This document shows, in pieces, positions 22,264 through 32,404 of a stretch of DNA of 32,404 bases. The stretch spans positions 7,905,597 to 7,938,000 of the forward strand of contig NC_091285.1 in the NCBI RefSeq assembly GCF_032444005.1. The letters are read 5' to 3'. Under the pieces are notes generated by a model that ran no database searches, was not told the DNA's origin, and saw only the letters and a program-made list of their open reading frames with translations. A program made the translations under genes and the position numbers. The DNA comes from Ranitomeya imitator. Lineage: Eukaryota. Position 1 is the first letter of the stretch. Every line of letters starts with the position of its first letter.

Positions 22264-23036
22264 GTCCTGAACAGTCCGTCTTCTGCGCGTATTCCCTGTA
22301 TACGGAGCGCAGTGATCCGTTATAGGCGGCGACTGCCGTGTCCGATATTTTAGGTGACGAGCGACATACAGTGATCGCTGCGCACATTCTCTGTTCTCAC
22401 CCATCGGTGATTGATTGTTTTTTTTCCCCCCCATTGTTTCGCGGTAATTTACTGATCCGTTGGTGGATTTGAATTTCCCACTCAGTCGCTTCTCGCGCTC
22501 CGGATGATCAGAACCGATCACAATCTGCTGGGTCCTAGTGCCGCCCGCTGTATTGCGGCTTTAAGTTCTGATCGGTGATCTCTGCGCTTATAATCTTATT
22601 TCCCCCCAGATCGGTGCTGGCCTCTTCCTCCCCTTTCTACTAAGTATTATTATGTCTTGAGTGAATCTATTGTGCCTGACACTGATCGGAGCAGATCCCT
22701 CCCTGTGCCCTGCTATGGGTCGCTACAGGTCACATTTGTGGTGGGAGGATCGTTATGTAATTATCGTATATTTGAGTTTTCCATCTTCTCCGGGGCTGGA
22801 GCCGCCCGGGCACTGGTTGCCTGCAGCTCCCTGCGTTGTAGTGACCTGTAATGGCCGCCGAGCACTGAGTGCAGTGACTGCCGGGGATCAGATGAGTCTT
22901 GTGCTGATTTAATTCTACTCTCTAACATTTGACAGAAGCTGGAAAATCGCAACAGAAACAACAATGAAGGGAAAACCCCAAGTTACTAACATCGAGATGA
23001 GAAGAATAGAGAAGCGGGGAAATAACAGCACAATAA

Positions 23037-23531
<495 letters not shown>

Positions 23532-23557
23532 TTGTTCTCTTCTGTCCTCACCCCAAA

Positions 23558-23599
23558 GGCTCTTATCAGAGCCGCCCACATCTTCTAAGAAAAAGCCGT
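23558..23599 (+). terminator. H4 3' stem-loop and HDE
   Basis: GGCTCT-TATC-AGAGCC 23558-23573; purine tract AAGAAAAAGCCGT at about 23587-23599. Confidence 0.88.
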
Positions 23600-24834
23600 G
23601 ACCTCGAATATGAGCCATCAGCGGCTGAAGCAGAAGGGCGTCCGGATATACAGCGGTATATGGGGGCAACTACGGATGGGATATAGACCGAGCTATATAC
23701 ATTCCAGCCCTGGACACTTACTGCTCTATACCGCTATATCCCAGTATGCAGCACTATATGGGGGTACAAAGAGCTGTTTACAAGGACACGTTTCTATATA
23801 GAGGTATTTATTTCTACATGGAAGGTTTACAGCTGTATTTGGGGATTACAGGGAATATACAGCGCTATATGGGGGTGGAGTCCGACTGCTCACAGGAAAT
23901 GTCCCTCATTACTGTCTGATACTCCGCTGTAGTTAGCACGTCCCGGAGTATCGGGGGGACGGCGGCCTCTCCCGGAGGACGATCCCGTGTGCGGCGGATC
24001 AGGAGGGCAGGACTCCGCGCTGTAATCTCCACCGACCACTCAGGTCTCAGGTTATTTGGAGAATCATGTTATACCAGATGACTGAGACCCCAGAATATCA
24101 GATCTGGGGAGCAAAGGGTTAAATCCAGGCGCCACTGATCCCAGCGACTCGCTGAGAACTGACCCGATCAGTAGTGAAGGCTCCGAGCTGTGGAGGAGCT
24201 CAGCCCCGGATCTCACCATCACCCTCCTCAGCGTTCAGCCTTCACCTCTATTGCGCCACCTGCTGTTTGTCCCGTCTCTAGAGACCCGGGCTGCGCAGCC
24301 GCAGACACGGCGGGATCACTGGAGCGGACACGGGAGCATGGACGTCGGTCGGTGTCGGGTCGGACGATCCGCTCTTGTATCCTGATCCCTCACTGGATCC
24401 CTGATTAGTGGCGCAGGATCCGCAGAACATGGACATAGCGGGAGCCGGTACACGGACTGATCGGTGGCCGCATCATCCTCGCAGGTGATTTGTGGCTTCG
24501 GACATTCCCGCTCCGTTACTGACGGTTCTCACCAGTTGTTTCTGGTTGGGGAAATGTCGCAGCGATCAGTCCTGGGCTCTGAACATACAATCTGGTCAGC
24601 TGTGAGAGAGGGATCCGGGTGAGGAGCACAGGGGAGAGGCCGAGACCCGATCACTGCTCCTCTGCTTCTTGCAATATGCGGCGTCCTCCGATCACATGCG
24701 ACAGTGAGAAGATCAGTGAGAGAATCGCACCGACCCGATAGCAATAAAGTCACAACCGACAGCAAAGTTATCAGGTAGATCACAGGATCTACTGAGGTAA
24801 AAGCTCCTATATGGAAGAATGCAGCACTAAACGG

Positions 24835-25295
24835 GGGTATACATCACTATACACGGGTAAAAACGGTACATGGGGGATTCCAGCGCTATATGGAGGGTGT
24901 GCAGTACAACATGGTGTTTGTAGCGCTATAAGGGGAGTATATAGCACATATGGACGGAGGGTTTACAGCGCTATATGCGATACACAGCATTATGTGTAAG
25001 GTATACAGCGCAATATGAGGGTATACATTGCTATATGGGCATACACCGCAGTATACGGGGGTAAGCAGCAGTATATGGGGGTTTACAGTACAATATGAGG
25101 GTATACATTGCTATATGGGCATACACCGCAGTATATGGGGGTTTACAGCACAATATGAGGGTATACATTGCTATATGGGCATACACCGCAGTATATGGGG
25201 GTTTACAGCACAATATGAGGGTATACATTGCTATATGGGCATACACCGCAGTATACGGGGTAAGCAGCAGTATATGGGGGTTATAGCACAATCTG
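24835..25295 (+). repeat. 20-bp-based repeat with 60-bp higher-order units upstream of H2B
   Basis: CAATATGAGG recurs at 25011, 25091, 25151 and 25211 (80, 60, 60 bp apart); 20-bp sub-units like GTATACAGCGCAATATGAGG; degenerate 5' part. Confidence 0.85.
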
Positions 25296-25378
25296 GGGGC
25301 GCGGTCCATGGGGAGGAGATCATTTATGGAATATCCAATGAACTGCCGAGGGCGGAGCTTCTGATGTTGATCACCTGA

Positions 25379-25885
<507 letters not shown>

Positions 25886-25914
25886 NNNNNCCGTGCTCCG
25901 CTCCTCACCCCAAA

Positions 25915-25930
25915 GGCTCTTCTAAGAGCC
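25915..25930 (+). terminator. H2B 3' stem-loop
   Basis: CCCCAAA-GGCTCT-TCTA-AGAGCC-ACCCA. Assignment to H2B assumes the N-run is correctly sized. Confidence 0.88.
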
Positions 25931-27890
25931 ACCCACACCCTCACTATAAGAGCCCCCCGCACCCTCACTATAAGAGCCCCCCGCACCCTCACTATAAGAG
26001 CCCCCCGCACCCTCACTATAAGAGCCGCCCGCACCCTCACTATAAGAGCCGCCCACACCCTCACTATAAGAGCCGCCCACACCCTCACTATAAGAGCCGC
26101 CCACACCCTCACTATAAGAGCCCCCGCACCCTCACTATAAGAGCCCCCCGCACCCTCACTATAAGAGCCCCCGCACCCTCACTATAAGAGCCGCCCACAC
26201 CCTCACTATAAGAGCCCCCCGCACCCTCACTATAAGAGCCCCCCGCACCCTCACTATAAGAGCCCCCGCACCCTCACTATAAGAGCCCCCCCGCACCCTC
26301 ATTATAAGAGCCCCCCGCACCCTCATTATAAGAGCCCCCCGCACCCTCACTATAAGAGCCCCCCGCACCCTCACTATAAGAGCCCCCCGCACCCTCACTA
26401 TAAGAGCCCCCCGCACCCTCACTATAAGAGGCCCCCGCACCCTCACTATAAGAGCCCCCCGCACCCTCACTATAAGAGCCCCCCACACCCTCACTATAAG
26501 AGCCCCCACACCCTCACTATAAGAGGCCCCCGCACCCTCACTATAAGAGCCCCCACACCCTCACTATAAGAGGCCCCCGCACCCTCACTATAAGAGCCCC
26601 CCGCACCCTCACTATAAGAGCCGCCCGCACCCTCACTATAAGAGCCCCCGCACCATCACTATAAGAGCCCCCCGCACCCTCATTATAAGAGCCCCCCGCA
26701 CCCTCACTATAAGAGCCCCCCGCACCCTCACTATAAGAGCCCCCCGCACCCTCACTATAAGAGCCCCCCGCACCCTCACTATAAGAGCCCCCCGCACCCT
26801 CACTATAAGAGCCCCCCGCACCCTCACTATAAGAGCCCCCCCGCACCCTCACTATAAGAGCCCCCCGCACCCTCACTATAAGAGCCCCCGCACCCTCACT
26901 ATAAGAGCCCCCCGCACCCTCACTATAAGAGCCCCCCGCACCCTCACTATAAGAGCCCCCACACCCTCACTATAAGAGGCCCCCGCACCCTCACTATAAG
27001 AGCCCCCCGCACCCTCACTATAAGAGGCCCCCGCACCCTCACTATAAGAGCCCCCCGCACCCTCACTATAAGAGCCGCCCGCACCCTCACTATAAGAGCC
27101 CCCGCACCATCACTATAAGAGCCCCCCGCACCCTCATTATAAGAGCCCCCCGCACCCTCACTATAAGAGCCCCCCGCACCCTCACTATAAGAGCCCCCCG
27201 CACCCTCATTATAAGAGCCCCCCGCACCCTCACTATAAGAGCCCCCCGCACCCTCACTATAAGAGCCCCCCGCACCCTCACTATAAGAGCCCCCCGCACC
27301 CTCATTATAAGAGCCCCCCGCACCCTCACTATAAGAGCCCCCCCGCACCCTCACTATAAGAGCCCCCCCGCACCCTCACTATAAGAGCCCCCCCGCACCC
27401 TCACTATAAGAGCCCCCCGCACCCTCACTATAAGAGCCCCCGCACCCTCACTATAAGAGCCCCCCGCACCCTCACTATAAGAGCCCCCCACACCCTCACT
27501 ATAAGAGCCCCCACACCCTCACTATAAGAGGCCCCCGCACCCTCACTATAAGAGCCCCCCACACCCTCACTATAAGAGCCGCCCGCACCCTCACTATAAG
27601 AGCCCCCCACACCCTCACTATAAGAGCCGCCCGCAGCCTCACTATAAGAGCCCCCGCACCATCACTATAAGAGCCCCCCGCACCCTCATTATAAGAGCCC
27701 CCCGCACCCTCACTATAAGAGCCCCCCGCACCCTCATTATAAGAGCCCCCCGCACCCTCACTATAAGAGCCCCCCGCACCCTCACTATAAGAGCCCCCCG
27801 CACCCTCACTATAAGAGCCCCCCGCACCCTCATTATAAGAGCCCCCCGCACCCTCACTATAAGAGCCCCCCGCACCCTCACTATAAGAGC
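25923..27890 (+). repeat. 24-bp tandem array (TAAGAGCCCCCCGCACCCTCACTA)n, about 80 copies, starting inside the H2B stem-loop
   Basis: The first unit is the loop/3' arm of the hairpin; the array ends in AAGAGCTG at 27885-27892. Confidence 0.97.
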
Positions 27891-28183
27891 TGCGGCTGCT
27901 CCGGTGTCCTCTCCCGTCTCCCCGAGGTGTCTGCTCGCACCGCCCGGGGCTCTGCGTCTGGTGATGAGGGAGATGGTGAGAACCTTGTCAGGAATAATCC
28001 GGGCATTTCTCAGTGAGTTGCTGGGTATTCAGTGACTTCTCTTATTTAACCCCTTGCTGCACAGATCTCGGCATTCTGGGGTCTCGTTTCCCCGATAACA
28101 GGAGCCGTTTGTGGTCGGTGGAGTTGATCTAGAAACTAATCCGGATTATTTTTACAGTGTAAGTGACGTCATTACATTTAGAA

Positions 28184-28313
28184 GCGCAGGAAATTCACCC
28201 CCCCCCCCAACCGTCCTGAGTTCAGCCAATCAGCAGAGGGAGGGAGGAGCTAATGTTGCCAATGGTAATACGTTTACAGTTCCCGCTTTTTTCCGTCCTT
28301 TGTCTTCATATAA
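28184..28313 (+). promoter_or_regulatory. Orphan, degenerate copy of the H4 promoter with no H4 CDS
   Basis: Colinear matches to 23037-23173: TCAGCCAATCAG, AGGGAGGAGCTA, GGnAATACGT, GTTCnCGCT, CTTC-ATATAA. Confidence 0.6.
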
Positions 28314-28353
28314 CACGTGGTCCCAGGACGGATATCGGATTCTGCTTGTGTTT

Positions 28354-28680
28354 TGCGAGAGTGTTAGAGGGGAGGCCACAGAGCAGGAGGTTGCAGTAGT
28401 CCCGGCGGGAGATGATGAGGTCATGGACTAGGGGTTTTGCAGATTCTTGGTTTAGGAATGTACGGATCCGTGAAATATTGAGTTGAAGGCAGTGGGAAGT
28501 GAGAAGGGCTTGGATATGTGGTTTGAAGGGAAGATCAGTGTCAAGGATTACCCCGAGACAGCGGGCTTGTGGGACTGGGGAGAGTGGGCAGCCATTTACT
28601 GTCATGGATAGGATCGTTGGGGGAAAGAATGAATTCTGTTTTGTTCACTTGTAGAAGCTCCGAGAATGAGGAGGGGAATA
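28354..28680 (-). mobile_element. L2 (CR1-clade) LINE ORF2 C-terminal fragment
   Basis: Minus-strand peptide KTEF...SPVPQARCLGVILDTDLPFKPHIQ...ISRIRTFLNQESAKPLVHDLIISRRDYCNLLLCGLP is typical of the post-RT region of L2; truncated at both ends. Confidence 0.85.
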
Positions 28681-29717
28681 ACGAATCATGGGAGAAATAT
28701 CCCAATATAATGGCAGGATAGGATCCTCTAGCAGCAGGTGTAATAATGTATAAGGAATGTCATAGATCTCATAGGGTTAATATGAGGTGAGATAAAACCA
28801 CCGCAGTGCAGAGATCTCCGATCACAATGACTGTAAGATCCCCGAGCACTGGTGCCTCCATCACAGCACAAATGCGGTCTCTTCATATTGATCTATAAAA
28901 TAAATATAACACGGATTTCCAGGGGAGCGGGCTGTACAGTAATATTCTCCTGATCAGATCCGTGTGGGGTGAATAGGGCAGCGAATATTCCCAGGGAATG
29001 TGGCGTATGAGGCAGCTGGCTAGACGGACGCCCTGTGCACCGGGTACGGAGACTCCTGTGTGATGACCTCGTCCTGGACACTAATGTTTCGGATGGATGG
29101 CGCCTCTGAAGGTTGTTATAACCTCCCAGGATGTAATAATGGCGGCCGATCGCCGTGTTTGGGGGCAGACAGCTGGGAGGACCCGGTATTATCCAGCAGA
29201 GGGGCCGGTAATATCCGACGGACAAAGACCAGAAATTGAGCGGGAAATTCAAAACCACCAACGGATCTGTAATCAGCCAATGAGCGAGAGAGATCCGCAG
29301 GCGCCGACCAATCCCAGATACAGGAATATCCGCCTCCATTAACTCCTCAGTGTCCGTGTGTGCTGATCCCCCACTACACACTCGCTGTACAGAAGCGGCG
29401 ACTTCCCCACCCGGGACCGGCAGCGTCACATCAGGCTCCGGGCAGAACATAGGATCAGCGCGGACACCGCAGGGAATCAGCACCGGATAATAAGCGGTGA
29501 GTGCGGAGCCTCCGCCTGTGCAGATGGAGGGAGGAGAAGCGCTGACAGGGATTAACCCCTCACCCGCCAGACTGTCAGTGCAATTTATGGCTGATAGAAG
29601 ACACAAGTCCAACAAGTGCAAACTACAAATGAAGAGAATATTTCTGCATTTCCTTCTGCTCCAGGACAAATATCTGTTTTCACCCCTTATCTAGTCTGTT
29701 CAAAACAAACGTTTTCT

Positions 29718-29861
29718 ATTGGGTGAGAAACTCATTTGAGCAAGGAGCATAATAAGCTCCGCCCTCTGCAGCTCATTGGTGGTTCCTCAAGACTCTTCCC
29801 CATTGGCAGCTTCAGATCCGTCCAACCACAGGAGAGGAGGCGGAGCAGCGGACTATATAAA
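29718..29861 (+). promoter_or_regulatory. H2A promoter: three inverted CCAAT boxes and TATA
   Basis: ATTGG 29718, 29775 and 29802; TATATAAA 29854-29861. Confidence 0.82.
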
Positions 29862-29905
29862 GAGACACAGCGCAGTCTCTTCTCCACACGATTTTCTGGC
29901 TTTAG

Positions 29906-30313
<408 letters not shown>

Positions 30314-30342
30314 GCGCTGCCGCCGATCTCTACAAAACCAAA

Positions 30343-30384
30343 GGCTCTTCTCAGAGCCCCCCACACCGTCACCACAAGAGCCGG
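30343..30384 (+). terminator. H2A 3' stem-loop and HDE
   Basis: GGCTCT-TCTC-AGAGCC 30343-30358; AAGAGCCGG 30376-30384. Confidence 0.9.
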
Positions 30385-30842
30385 CGCCGCCTATCTCAGG
30401 GTCCTCACATGAGGCTGATGGTTCATACACCATTGCCGCCACCAGTTCATATGTTGGTGCACATATCCTCAGAATAACAGGAGATGAAAGGGTCAATCCC
30501 ACATGGAGTCTCAGATCCTCAGTGTCGTCTGCAGAGCTCGCAGGAAATGTCCCCTCATTACTGTCTGATGCTCCGCAGTGAGGTCTACATGTAGTTAGTG
30601 TTGGGGGGACGGCGGCCGCTATCAGTGACCGGTAACAATCCTCCGGGGATTATGAGCGGGGAATTCAAATTCCCCAACGGATTCTGTGATCAGACAATGA
30701 GCGAGAAACCTCGGTAACGCTCAGCCTTCAGTGACGTACATAGACGTCTTTTCTCTCACGTTTAACTCCTTACTTGCCGTTTTCCAGCTGATCTTTTCTT
30801 TACCAGAGTATCCACAGATGCGGCAGCTTCACCCCCAGGCCC

Positions 30843-30971
30843 CGGCAGCGCTGTGTCCCCTATACACTGCACACAATATATACACTGTGTATATACATCT
30901 ACAGGACAGGAGTTGTAGGGAACAGAAGCAACACCGGTGTCCCCCCATATACTGCACACACTGGATATATA
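30843..30971 (+). repeat. Diverged 1.5 copies of the 17098-20035 minisatellite monomer
   Basis: 30900-30971 aligns ungapped to the array consensus at 60 of 72 positions (hand alignment). Confidence 0.85.
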
Positions 30972-31569
30972 AATACATGACACATCTACCCGGCTGTCAC
31001 ACATTGAAGACACCACCGCAGCTGTCAGACATTGAAGACACCACCGCACTGCACCCAGTAGGGCACTGTAGGAAAAGAAACAGGTTGGATTCACTACCCC
31101 CCCCCCCCCCCCCCCATTAGGTGGCTTTGATGTTCTGCAGCAGTGACCGGGGAGTCTCGTGTACATAATCGCTGTTTTTCGGCAGGGGACGTTTTATGTT
31201 ATCCAAATCCATCTTCTTTATGTCTCCAGGGGTCCATTCTGCTGGGCGCTCCTGCCGGTCCCAATTATTATTAAACTTCCATAACATATCATCCCGCACC
31301 ATAGCGGAGACACTTGAGGGAAGATAGAGGCGGATTATCACCACTTCTGTCTTCTCCTTTGCTACAGCTCGAAGTATCGGCAATGCTGATGAGTACACTG
31401 GGCCCAGCGATCACTTGGCTGGATATGGAAACGTGGAGAGGAAAAACGAGGATGATGAAAGGGATTACAGCAGCACCGCACGTGCAGATGGCGGCGCCTA
31501 GAAAATCTCGTACATCAGCCTCATTCTGGAGAGGTGCACTGCAGACATGAAGGATTGATCATCTCTCCC

Positions 31570-31678
31570 TGAGAGAGAGACTGACGAAGAGAGAGAAAGA
31601 AAGGAAGGGAGAAAGATTTACAGAAAGAAAGGAGAGAGCGAAAGAATGAAAGAGAGGAGAAAAATAGAGAGAGAGACT
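31570..31678 (+). repeat. GA-rich polypurine low-complexity tract
   Basis: gagagagaga...gaaagaaagg...agagagagag. Confidence 0.8.
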
Positions 31679-32404
31679 GCTCTATATACTGTACACACTG
31701 TTCTATATACTGTACACTGCTCTATATACTGTACACTGCTCTATATACTGTACACACTGCTGTATATACTGTACACTGCTCTATATACTGTACACACTGC
31801 TCTATATACTGTACACACTGTTCTATATACTGTACACTGCTCTATATACTGTACACTGCTCTATATACTGTACACACTGCTGTATATACTGTACACTGCT
31901 CTATATACTGTACACTGCTCTATATACTGTACACACTGCTCTATATACTGTACACTGCTCTATATACTGTACACTGCTCTATATACTGTACACACTGCTC
32001 TATATACTGTACACTGCTCTATATACTGTACATTCTGCTGTATATACTGTACACACTGCTCTATATACTGTACACTGCTCTATATACTGTACACTGCTCT
32101 ATATACTGTACACTCTGCTCTATATACTGTACACACTGCTGTATATACTGTACATTCTGCTGTATATACTGTACACACTGCTCTATATACTGTACACTGC
32201 TCTATATACTGTACACTGCTCTATATACTGTACACTCTGCTCTATATACTGTACACACTGCTCTATATACTGTACATTCTGCTGTATATACTGTACACAC
32301 TGCTCTATATACTGTACACTGCTCTATATACTGTACACTGCTCTATATACTGTACACACTGCTGTATATACTGTACACAGTGCTCTATATACTGTACACT
32401 GCTC
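31679..32404 (+). repeat. 19/21-bp tandem repeat (CTCTATATACTGTACA[CA]CTG)n running off the window
   Basis: Alternating 19- and 21-bp units read directly. Confidence 0.97.

Noticed and set aside
25923-27890. Resemblance of ACCCTCACTATA to T3/T7 phage promoters (vector contamination)
   Set aside because: Only the core matches; the unit derives in place from the histone hairpin/HDE and has a genomic homolog at the H2A 3' end.
29731-29740. CTCATTTGAG as a relic octamer from an ancestral H2A/H2B bidirectional promoter
   Set aside because: Incomplete match and wrong orientation for a divergent H2B partner.

Overview
Eukaryotic genomic DNA, most likely an anuran (frog) assembly; the taxon is inferred from repeat families and histone sequences, not proven. 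The right half holds a replication-dependent histone quintet with all five genes on the + strand: H1 (20573-21226), H3.2 (21784-22194), H4 (23220-23531), H2B (from 25508, mostly hidden by an N-run) and H2A (29927-30313). Each has a TATA/CCAAT promoter and a 3' stem-loop plus a downstream element (HDE). Nearly half of the window is tandem repeat from about ten minisatellite families. The left half also carries a solo LTR inside a 35-bp satellite and a nested set of elements: an LTR fragment, a Tc1 transposase pseudogene, and a non-autonomous hAT element with an 8-bp TSD. Almost all long ORFs in the supplied track are repeat or antisense artefacts. The most unusual signal is that histone 3'-processing signals have themselves seeded tandem repeats. 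About 80 copies of a 24-bp stem-arm/HDE unit follow the H2B stem-loop and push the consensus HDE about 2 kb downstream, and the H1 cleavage-site/HDE segment is triplicated. Other notable points are an orphan H4-type promoter capped by an L2 fragment, a CCAAT cassette repeated four times, GATC-rich spacers, and variant H2B/H2A tails.
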